From Flavobacterium sp. (GTDB lineage: Bacteria; Bacteroidota; Bacteroidia; Flavobacteriales; Flavobacteriaceae): a DNA stretch of 64,000 nucleotides. The notes under the pieces are model-generated. The model saw only the letters and a program-made list of their open reading frames with translations. It searched no databases and was not told where the DNA came from. Positions 55,201-64,000 of this stretch are shown here, piece by piece; the stretch's first letter is position 1; each line of letters opens with the position of its first letter. The stretch is taken from the NCBI GenBank assembly GCA_012837155.1, contig CP051546.1, forward strand, positions 897,404-961,403, written 5' to 3'. Position numbers and translations under genes: made by a program.

Positions 55201-56600
55201 ATGGCAGCCTAGACGATAACAAAACCCTGCGTCCTAACCGCAAGTACTACTCTGCCGATGGTACGATGGAGATAAAACACAACATCTCGACTGGAGTGAC
55301 CGAGTTTGTTACCTACCTAGGAGGCGATGGCTACTCTGCACCAGTAGTATATAAAAAGAATTATAATAGTGCAGGAGCGATAACTAATGAACAAATGTTA
55401 TATTTGCATCGGGATTACCAAGGCAGTATCTTGGCAATTACCAATGATACTGGCGCAATAGTAGAAAAACGACAGTTCGATGCTTGGGGAGCAATTATAC
55501 AAGTACAAGATGGCGCAGGAAATGTATTAAACGGTCTTACTATACTGGATAGAGGTTACACAGGACACGAACATTTGCAAAGTGTAGGATTGATTAATAT
55601 GAACGGTCGTTTGTATGACCCTAAGCTACACAGGTTTTTGCAACCTGACAATTATGTGCAGGATGCAACGAACACACAGAACTTTAATAGGTATGGGTAT
55701 TGCTGGAATAACCCGCTGAAGTACACTGACCCGAGTGGAGAGTGGATTTGGATTGTAGTTGCAGCTGTTGTAGGAGGTGTTGTTAACTGGGCAGTTCACG
55801 GAGCACAATTTAATATGGAAGGGCTTAAAGCTTTCGGAATTGGTGCAGCCGCAGGTACCATAGGAGCACTTACAGGAGGGGCCGCATTTGCAGGAGCAGG
55901 AGGTGCAGCAGGAGGAATAGGTGGTTTTATAGCGGGTGCAGCGGGCGGTGCAGCTGGTGCTGCATCTTCACAAGCTTTTTTAAGCATAGGAAATCATATT
56001 GCTTTTGGAGACCCATTAATGTCGGGTAAAGAATTATTACTGGTGTCGCTTTTGGGGCAGTACTTGGAGGTGCTACCAATGGTATTGCTGCTTTGAGAAA
56101 CGGAAGAACATTTTGGAAAGGTACACTACCGAATCCTAAAGTTTTGCCTATTTCTTTGCCAAGTGTTGGTATACAACAAGGAAAAGCTCCTGAACCAACA
56201 GCTGACGCAAAACTGCCGAGTACAACACAGGCAAGTACAGCACCTACAACACAAAACAATACGGCGACTACTATAAATAAAGAACTTGGTGTTGTAGATG
56301 TTTCTAAGAATCCAAGCTTTAGGATTGTTGATGATGGAACTAAATCTTTCTTCGATAATACACAATATACAGATAAAGTAATAAGTCAAATGAAAACTGG
56401 TGATTTTCATTCATTCCCCCGATCTGTTGAAGCATTTGAACTGAATGGGACAGTTTCGCCACTCAAAGGAGGTGATGGAATTTATAGACAAATTTTTAAA
56501 AATCCCAGGTCAATATGGGAATAGAAGCGGATTTTTTGAATTTATAAAAGAAGCAGATGGAATGATAAATCATAGGTTATTTAATATAAAACCGTAAAAT

Positions 56601-56951
56601 ATGAATGTATTAAAACAGATTGACGAGTTATTAAAAAAAGGTTACCTTCTTCAGGGAATAGGAATAAATAATTGGGCATTTTCTAAGAAAGATGCGATGG
56701 AAATTTTGAATCGATTTGAAGAATTGAAAGTTTCTATTTTAGGTGGAGATGTATATGAATTAACAAATAATATTGTTCAACCTAATTATGATAATTGGTA
56801 TTGCAATAGATTGTCAAATGAAACAGATATTGAGTTTTTAAAAAGGAGTATTAAAAGAGCAAAGGACTATATTACGAATTATAATGTTAGTGATCCTAGT
56901 CAAATATTTTTTGCTTTTGTGCTTGATAAACCAGGCTCGGAAATGCAGTAA
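56601..56951 (+). CDS. Immunity protein, Imm40-like
   Basis: Starts 4 bp after the Rhs stop. ILGGDVY and YDNWY motifs typical of Imm40. Confidence 0.78.
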   Translation: MNVLKQIDELLKKGYLLQGIGINNWAFSKKDAMEILNRFEELKVSILGGDVYELTNNIVQPNYDNWYCNRLSNETDIEFLKRSIKRAKDYITNYNVSDPSQIFFAFVLDKPGSEMQ

Positions 56952-56958
56952 ATATCTT

Positions 56959-56996
56959 GTGAACGATAGCGCAGATTTGCAATCTGTGTTCACAAA
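56959..56996. repeat. REP-like palindrome after immunity gene (related copy 57181-57212)
   Basis: GTGAACGATAGCGCAGATTTGCAATCTGTGTTCACAAA vs TAGCGCGATGCCTCAGGCTCGTGCCCACAAA. Confidence 0.55.
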
Positions 56997-57023
56997 CAAG
57001 AGCAAACAAATAAGCCAAGAACC

Positions 57024-57055
57024 AAAAAACCTCGCAGGATTTGCGAGGTTTTTTT
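57024..57055. terminator. Intrinsic terminator of Rhs-immunity operon
   Basis: AAAAAACCTCGCA...TGCGAGGTTTTTTT. Confidence 0.8.
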
Positions 57056-57212
57056 GTGTTTTATAAAGTTGCTATAAACTATGTGGATCAATAACTTGGA
57101 GACCTTTATGTTTTTAAAATCGGAGGTATTACGAGAAATTATAGTCCCCAGCTGGTCCGAGCAGAAATAACTACAACGGCTAGCGCGATGCCTCAGGCTC
57201 GTGCCCACAAAG

Positions 57213-58623
57213 TGTCTCGTCCTAAAATAAGTTTACATATTTATACTTAATCCTAAAATACATTTACAACTCATTTTTAGTCCTATTATTGGTTTACAAT
57301 AATAGGACTTTTTATATAATAATTCTTCCATAATTTTTCTGTTTTAATATTATTTTGATGTACGTGGTTTGGTGTGAGATTCCCTATACTCATATGAGGT
57401 CTTTCATTATTATACATTTGGATTACTGCATCCAATAATTCCTTGGCATCTTCTATATTATTAACTTGATAATCATTTAAATATTCTTCCTTTATAATAC
57501 CATTAACCCTTTCTGCAATAGCATTTTCTAGAGGATTTCCGTTTTCTGTCATACTAATTCCTATCTTGCTATCTTCTAGAAGTTTTACGTATTCACTGCT
57601 ACAATATTGGGTTCCTCTATCGGAATGATGTATCAATTCTAATTCTTTTCTTTCATTTGAAATACTTAAAATTGCCATTTCTAAAGCCTGAATTGTTTCT
57701 GAAGTTTCTAAACTCTTGCCTAAATTATAGCCAACTATTTTTTTGGAATACGCATCAGTAATAAAACTAATGTATAGAAAAGTATCTTTAATTCTCCAAT
57801 AAGTTATATCGCATACCCATAATTGATTTGGAGAACGAGGGATAAAATCTCTAATTAGATTTGGATATTTCTTGAATCTATGAAATGAATTGGTAGTGAT
57901 GGTTTGTTTTTTTCTACGCTTAACTAAAAGATAATTAGCCGATAAAACGTCGAATAGTCGGTCTCTACCCATCTTAATTTGATGTTCTAACAAGAAGGGT
58001 TGCAGTAATTCATATAATTTTCTACCTCCCATGTGACGATGATTTTTTCTTATTCTTAATACTTCAGAAATCACTAGTTCATCTTCAAAAACAAGCTGTT
58101 CTTGTTGCCAAAAGTATTGATAATAAGATTGTCTAGTAACGCCAAGTAATCGGCAAAATTTGCCTAAACTAACTTTGGGATAATTATGTTTCATCTCTTG
58201 AATCACTTGGTATTGGACTTTTTTACAATCTTTATTTTGAATTCCTGTTCGGCTATGGTTATCATTCTTCGATAGGTTTCGGCTAAAAGCTGAGCCTCTT
58301 CAAGTTCTTTTTTTAATTGTAATAAAAGATCTTTCTCCTTGGATGTCAGTGTTTTATTTTCAATATTTTCCATACTTGGCAAAACTACGATACTGGGTTG
58401 AGAATAATCATATCCAAGGTCTTTTAACCAATAAGAAATTCGAGAATGACCAATATTATATTTGTCTTCTACCTCTCTTCTTGTCAAAGTTCCCGTTAAA
58501 AAATCATTACAAACAAATCTCTTAAATTCTTCCGAATATTTAGACTGCCATTTTGAGGAATGTTCCTTTAAATATCTTTCCATATTTTTACACTTTTGTG
58601 TAAACCTATTTTAGGACAAGACA
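57213..58623 (-). mobile_element. IS3-family IS (orfA 58203-58583, orfB 57286-58206)
   Basis: TG...CA TIRs TGTCTCGTCCTAAAATAAGTTTACA / TGTAAACCTATTTTAGGACAAGACA, 3-bp TSD AAG, A6G frameshift motif at the orfA end, DDE motifs WVCDITY, HHSDRG, ENAIAER. Confidence 0.95.
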
Positions 58624-58673
58624 AAGTTAATCAGGCAAAACAAGTCAAGAAGTAAAAAAGCCCCGCAGGAATT

Positions 58674-60425
58674 GAGGGTACTGAAAAAGTCTTTTTTCGA
58701 ATAAATTGATAAATAAAAGGAGTAGAAAGCTTAGGATTTCTACTCCTTTTTTGGTATATTTAGCTGTAATTATAAGGTTTTTTACATGTTAGTACAGCAA
58801 CAAACAATACAGTTCAGCGAGCATTCCTCTTTATATGATTTAATTATTCCAAGGAATAATCTTTTGAGAAAAATTAACGATTTGATAGACTTTTCATTTA
58901 TCTACGATGAGTTGTTAAATAAATACTGCACCAATAATGGACGTATGGCAGAAAGTCCCGTTCGTATGTTCAAGTATTTGCTTCTTAAAACAATTTACAC
59001 CGTTTCCGATGTTGATGTAGTGGAACGTTCGCGTTACGATATGTCCTTTAAATATTTTTTGGATATGAATCCAGAAGACGATGTTATAATCCGAGTTCGT
59101 TGACCAAATTCAGAAAACTACGTTTGAAAGACACCGACTTGTTAAATCTGTTGATAAACAAAACGGTAACCATAGCTATTGAAAAAGGCATCATCCGTTC
59201 TAAGTCTATTATTGTTGATGCCACACATACTTTATCAAGATCTAATCCGTTTTTAGCCATCGATGTATTGAGAGAACGCTCCAAGTTACTTCGAAAAACA
59301 GTATACACCTTTGACGACCAATTCAAAGAACGTATGCCCAAAAAAAAATACCGACAATGATTTAGAAAAGGAGCTGGCTTATTGCAAAGAGTTAGAAAAA
59401 CGCATAGAAAATGAGCCGTCTATAAGTTCAATACCCGCTGTGAAGGAAAAATTAAATCTGCTAAAAGAAACCGTAGAAGACACTCAAGAAAATTTAACCC
59501 TATCCAAAGATACCGATGCAAAAATAGGTCATAAATCTGCCGAGAGTTCCTTTTTTGGCTACAAAACTCATTTGGCTATGACCGAAGAGCGCATCATTAC
59601 CGCGGCTGTAGTACATCTGGAGAAAAAGGCGATGGACCAGAATTACCTAAACTTTTAGAAATCAGTCAAGAAAACGGAGTTGATGTAGATACCATTATTG
59701 GCGATGCGGCTTATTCTGGAAAAGAGAATCTTAAAATTACAACTGAACAAAACATAAAAATAGTAGCGCGTCTAAATCCATCTATAACCCAAGGCTTTAG
59801 GAAAGATGAAGATAAATTTGATTACAATAAAGATGCCGATAGGTTTGTTTGCCCAGCAGGGCATTTAGCAATACGAAAAGCGCGCCAAGGCACTAAAGAT
59901 GTCGGGGTAAATCAAGTAGATACTTACTATTTTGATGTCGAAAAATGCAAGCATTGCCCTTTAAAGGAAGGTTGTTATAAAGATGGAGCCAAGACAAAAA
60001 CGTATTCGGTATCCATAAAATCAGAATTGCATCAAGACCAAATGGCTTTTCAAGAAACAGAATATTACAAAGAAAAAGCAAAACATCGATACAAGATAGA
60101 AGCTAAAAATAGCGAGTTAAAAAATATACACGGTTATGATAGAGCAATATCATACGGTATTACCAATATGCAAATGCAAGGTGCAATAGCAATTTTTACA
60201 GTCAACTTAAAAAGAATACTCAAATTAATGTAGAAAATGTAATCTACACGTGCATTTTACCAAATGAACCTGTATAAGTCAAAAACAGACACATACAATC
60301 AACAATAAAAAACAGTTACAAAAATAAAACCGCTTATAACGGATGCTTAAAATCCTGTTATAAGCGGTTTTTTAATATCTAAAAAAGAACGTTGATCAAA
60401 ATAAGTGATGTTTTTCAGTACCCTC
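58674..60425 (+). mobile_element. IS1182-family IS (transposase 58786-60233 with several frameshifts) inserted in a terminator
   Basis: TIR GAGGGTACTGAAAAA / TTTTTCAGTACCCTC, 8-bp TSD CAGGAATT. IVDATH, FFGYKTH, GDAAY, FVCPAG, RYKIEAKNSELK. Confidence 0.9.
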
Positions 60426-60455
60426 CAGGAATTGCGGGTTTTTTTTGAGATGTTT

Positions 60456-60788
60456 TTAAAGCAGTCGGGCTTCTTTGAGGATTTTATCAATTTCTTTGTC
60501 AGAAATAGAATTTTTGTCTCCTTTATTGTAAATTGAGAAGAGATACACAGTTGTTTCTACCACTTTTACAAAAGACATCACCCTTGCCCCGCCTGACTTT
60601 CCTTTTCCTTTTGAGGCAACAGCCAATCGGATTTTATAGATATTGTTGCCAAGGTCTGTCCCTAAAGTTGGGTTTTCTTCTAGTTCATCGCTCAAGGTTA
60701 AAAGTTCGTTTTTGAGCGATGGATATTTTTTTATCAATCGTTTTGCTTCTTTTTGGAAGTTTTCAATTGGGATGATTTTATAGTTCAT
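60456..60788 (-). CDS. RelE/ParE-superfamily type II toxin
   Basis: LIKKYPSL, YKIRLA..KGKSGGARV, LFSIYNK. Confidence 0.85.
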   Translation of the reverse strand: MNYKIIPIENFQKEAKRLIKKYPSLKNELLTLSDELEENPTLGTDLGNNIYKIRLAVASKGKGKSGGARVMSFVKVVETTVYLFSIYNKGDKNSISDKEIDKILKEARLL

Positions 60789-60996
60789 TCAAAAACTCTT
60801 TTAAAGTAATTTTAGGACTTGTTTTGCCCTCTTGAATGTCTTTTAATTCCCGTATTCCTTGTTTGATATTATTTGCAATGGCTTCTTTGGAATCTTCTTG
60901 ATCTTGTTCTATTTTAACAAAATCAAAACTACTGATAAGTTCCATAAAAAATGGAAACTTGGTATCGTTTACAGAAAGTGTTACTTGTTTCATCAT
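60778..60996 (-). CDS. Putative antitoxin
   Basis: 72-aa acidic ORF directly upstream of, and overlapping, the RelE-like gene. Confidence 0.7.
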   Translation of the reverse strand: MMKQVTLSVNDTKFPFFMELISSFDFVKIEQDQEDSKEAIANNIKQGIRELKDIQEGKTSPKITLKEFLNEL

Positions 60997-61005
60997 TATG
61001 ATATT

Positions 61006-61359
61006 TTATATTGCGTAGGCTTGTTTTGTTTGGTAATCCCTTACAAGAGCCGATATTACCCGAACAATTGTTTTTTTTTCTTCTTCTGGCAAGGCTTCTA
61101 CTTTTTGAAATTCCCTTATTATCTCGGCATCTTTTAAACTTTGTTGTGCTTTATCATTTGTATTTCCGTTTACAATATAATCGATAGAAACACCAAATAA
61201 ATCGGCTAACCTTTTTAGCACATCTGCTGGAGGTTGCACGTCTTTGTTTTCATAACGCACAATTTGAGGATGAGAAATATTAATTTTTTCCCCTAATTCC
61301 AATTGTGTTATTTTATTCTCTTTTCTTAATTCCTGTATTCTTTTACCTAAAGTTATCAT
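61006..61359 (-). CDS. XRE-family transcriptional regulator
   Basis: LGKRIQELRKENKITQLELG..IVRYE..LADLFGVSIDY. Confidence 0.92.
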   Translation of the reverse strand: MITLGKRIQELRKENKITQLELGEKINISHPQIVRYENKDVQPPADVLKRLADLFGVSIDYIVNGNTNDKAQQSLKDAEIIREFQKVEALPEEEKKTIVRVISALVRDYQTKQAYAI

Positions 61360-61403
61360 ATTTAATCATCGTATTAGAAAAGTTATTAACCTAAATACAT
61401 CCA

Positions 61404-61467
61404 CAAAGATAAGTATTTACTGTTTTATTTTATCTTATTGTTGATAATTAAAAGGTTTGTATATTTG
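61404..61467. promoter_or_regulatory. Back-to-back Bacteroidota sigma70 -7 boxes for xre and primase
   Basis: TATCTTTG on - (61404-61411) and TATATTTG on + (61460-61467), both matching TAnnTTTG. Confidence 0.55.
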
Positions 61468-61526
61468 TTTAATTTATCTTTTATGACTTAATTTGCTCTT
61501 ATAAGACAAACAAAAACTTTTCAACA

Positions 61527-63761
61527 ATGGAAATCTCCGAAATAAAACAAAACCTAACCCTCGCCCAAATCCTGCAACATTACGGCTTGAAACCCAAAAA
61601 CAGCATGCTCAACTGCCCTTTTCATGAGGACAAGACGGCGAGTTTGCAGGTAAACCTAACAAAAAACTTCTACAAATGCCACGCCTGCGGGGCCAAAGGC
61701 GACCAGATACAATGGGTGCAAGATTATGAAAAGCTGGGTAAGCACGAAGCAATTTTGAAATGTACTGAAATGGTTGGAAGTGGGAAAATGGAAGTTGGGA
61801 GCTTGAAGCCACAAGAACCAATCGACATAAACGATAAAATCCTTTTTCTAGAAAAGCTATTTACCACGTTCAAGAAATCGGTTTATAACTCCAAACCGGC
61901 ACAGGATTATTTGCAAAGTCGGAATTTAGATTTTAAGAAAATAGTTGTGGGATATAATGGCGGACAGTTCCACCACGGCACACGAAAAGAAGAAACTCTA
62001 ATCAAACAAGCCCTAGAATATGGGTTATTAATAGACAATAATCTCAAAGAGGGTTATAATGTTTTTGGAAAATATGGAATTGTTTTTCCTTTAAAGAATC
62101 AAGAAAATCAAATCGTATCATTGTATTTTAGAAGCGTTTTAGACAAACAAAATGCGAAGCATTTTACCTGAAGAACCGAACAGGACTTTATCCAAATTAC
62201 CCAAAACCAAACACAAAAAAACTCATTTTAACCGAAGCAATTATAGATGCAGCTTCATTGTTACAAATTGAAGAAGTAACAAACAATTACAGTGTTTTAA
62301 CGTGTTACGGAACAAATGGACTGAACGAAGAAATCCAAAAAGCCATTTTAGAACTTCCAGAATTAGAAGAAATTATATTTTGTTTTGACAATGACGATGC
62401 AGGAAAGAAGCGGTTAAAAAATATGCTGAACAGTTCAAACAGTATAAAATATCTACAATAGAACTACCCAACAAAGACATAAACGAAACCCTGCAACTGC
62501 ACGAAAATGAAATCATTATAGAACTTTTAAACCAAAGAAAAGAACTGAATCTTTTATTTTCTATTGAAGAGCAAGCCACAAAAAGGCCTGACGAACCAAA
62601 GCCAAAAACTAACAGCCAAGAGCCAATAGCTTTTTTAAAAGCCAAAGATTTACTCAAAAGATTGAACGAACAAATCGGCAAATCAGGTATTGTTGGCGAA
62701 GAAAACAGCCGTTTGTTATTGTTCTTAATCATAATCAGTTATATGAACAAAAGCCCAATTCACGCCATAGTACAAGGGAGTTCGGGAAGTGGAAAGACAC
62801 TTGTTATTAGTCGAATTGCAGACTTAATGCCTGGCGAAGATGTGTTACGTTTTACCAGGATCACAGAAAGCAGTTTGTACAATTGGGGAGAATTTGATTT
62901 GTTTAGAAAGATAATTATAATCGAAGATTTGGACGGACTAAAAGAGGATGCTTTGTATGCACTTCGAGAATTAATATCGAATCAAATATTGAGTAGTTCC
63001 GTTTCTATAAAAGACAAAAAAGGGAATAATAAATCAGCAAGAAAAGAAGTAAAAGGGCAGTTTTCAAGCCTGTCAGCGACCACAAAAGGCGAATTATACG
63101 AAGACAATATGAACCGCTCTTTTATCATAGCAATTAACGAAAGTGAGGAACAAACCCAAAGAATTATTGAATACCAAAACAAAATTATATCGGGAGAAAT
63201 TGACCCAAAAGAGCGAGAAAAAGCCGTGAGTTTTATTCAAAGTTTGGTTCGGAATTTAAAGCATTATGAAGTACAAAACAGCTATGCTAACAAAATACAT
63301 TGCCTAATAATGTGCGAAATAAAAGAAGATTAAACGAAATGTTCCAAAGTGTAATCAAACAAATAACGCTTCTGAATCAGTACCAAAGAGAACTCACAAA
63401 CGACAATAAATTAATCACCACAATCGAAGATATAGAAAACGCCATTGAGATACTTTTTGAGAGTGTAATTCTGAAAATTGACGAATTAGACGGCAGTTCG
63501 AGACAGTTTTTTGAGAAACTAAAAAAGGGTTTTGGAGAGAAAGATTTTACACGTTTTGAAGCGATGGAAGTTACAGGATTTAAGAAAAGTCAATTGCAGG
63601 TTTATCTGTCAGATTTGGTGCGGTTAGAATATTTAAAACAGTTTGGACACGGCAACAAAGGTTTTCGATATAAAGTCTCTTATTTTGATAATAACCAAAG
63701 AGTTAGAGAAGAAATGAAAGAACATTTTAGAAAACAAATCGAAGAACTAAAGAAAGCATAA
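61527..63761 (+). CDS. CHC2 Zn-finger / Toprim primase fused to P-loop NTPase (several homopolymer frameshifts)
   Basis: CPFHEDKTAS..CHACG, Toprim EAIID..CFDNDDAG, Walker A GSSGSGKT, Walker B-like IIIIEDLDG. Fragments 61527-62171, ~62170-62461, ~62410-63333, 63300-63761. Confidence 0.8.
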
Positions 63762-63801
63762 ACGGAAGCTAACGGACACTAGCGGAAGCCAAACGGAAGC
63801 T
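63761..63801. repeat. Four 10-11 bp direct repeats right after primase-NTPase
   Basis: AACGGAAGCT AACGGACACT AGCGGAAGCCA AACGGAAGCT. Confidence 0.75.
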
Positions 63802-63913
63802 AAAATCTTGGAAAGTACTGCAAACACTCATAAAAAATCTAGCTCCCGATAAAACCCAAAAAAAGAAGTAAGCAAAAGCATCATAACCATTAAAAACATC
63901 ATACTTAAAACAA

Positions 63914-64000
63914 ATGATTGCTTATAAAAAACACCTCGAACTTATTGGTTATCAACCGTCCACCATTTATTCTTTGCTGTACGTTGCCAAAGAATATCTC
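63914..64000 (+). CDS. Partial ORF, possibly N-terminus of a tyrosine recombinase
   Basis: MIAYKKHLELIGYQPSTIYSLLYVAKEYL resembles the integrase N-terminal SAM-like Y/F..HL...GY..ST...Y pattern. Only 29 codons are visible. Confidence 0.45.
   Translation, partial: MIAYKKHLELIGYQPSTIYSLLYVAKEYL

Larger units (their letters stand above)
45984..56597 (+). pseudogene. SpvB/TcdB-N + FG-GAP + Rhs polymorphic toxin (~2200 codons), disrupted by three IS
   Basis: 45984-46781 + 48048-49744 + 52428 onward rejoin in frame once the IS and TSDs are removed. Signal peptide, GANYSIPIAVPPG..GYGWN, five DF/YNGDG repeats, YD repeats, core RGYTGHE..NGRLYDP..NNPLKYTDPSG. Stop TAA 56595-56597. Extra homopolymer frameshifts. 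Confidence 0.9.

Noticed and set aside
58203-58230. IS3 orfA/orfB split as a mutation
   Set aside because: The A6G motif and overlap are the normal programmed -1 frameshift of IS3 elements.
1-64000. tRNA, rRNA, riboswitches and numerous short antisense ORFs in the track
   Set aside because: No RNA gene was recognisable by eye (a covariance search was not possible); the short ORFs lie opposite well-supported genes.

Overview
AT-rich Bacteroidota chromosome segment, very likely Flavobacterium (porT, PorP/SprF, T9SS CTD, alternative complex III, TAnnTTTG promoters). About 1-39.7 kb is core genome: TamL/BamA-like gene, trmH-like methylase, porT, menG/ubiE, folA, thyA, etfAB, pdhB, ppa, membrane PPase, the actA-F + coxBA respiratory operon, ruvB, queG and a PorP + OmpA/PorE-like pair, with one ISAs1 carrying a nested ISL3. 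About 39.8-64 kb is accessory. It holds an XRE gene behind a 40-bp-period repeat array, IS1595, an IS1182-type MITE, and two signal-peptide GNVGIGT fibre-like genes. It also holds a small YD-repeat + T9SS-CTD gene, an ~2200-codon SpvB/FG-GAP/Rhs toxin gene split by three IS, an Imm40-like immunity gene, IS3, IS1182 and a RelE-type TA pair. It ends with a divergent XRE / CHC2-Toprim-P-loop primase-helicase, short iteron-like repeats and the start of a probable tyrosine recombinase. Many single-base frameshifts sit in homopolymers, including in actA, so most are probably sequencing errors. The best novel-system candidates are a T9SS-piggybacked Rhs toxin operon and the primase-helicase/recombinase element next to it. 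A ~90-bp repeat bounded by TATGAAA direct repeats is also unexplained. All family calls come from motif recognition by eye, not database searches.
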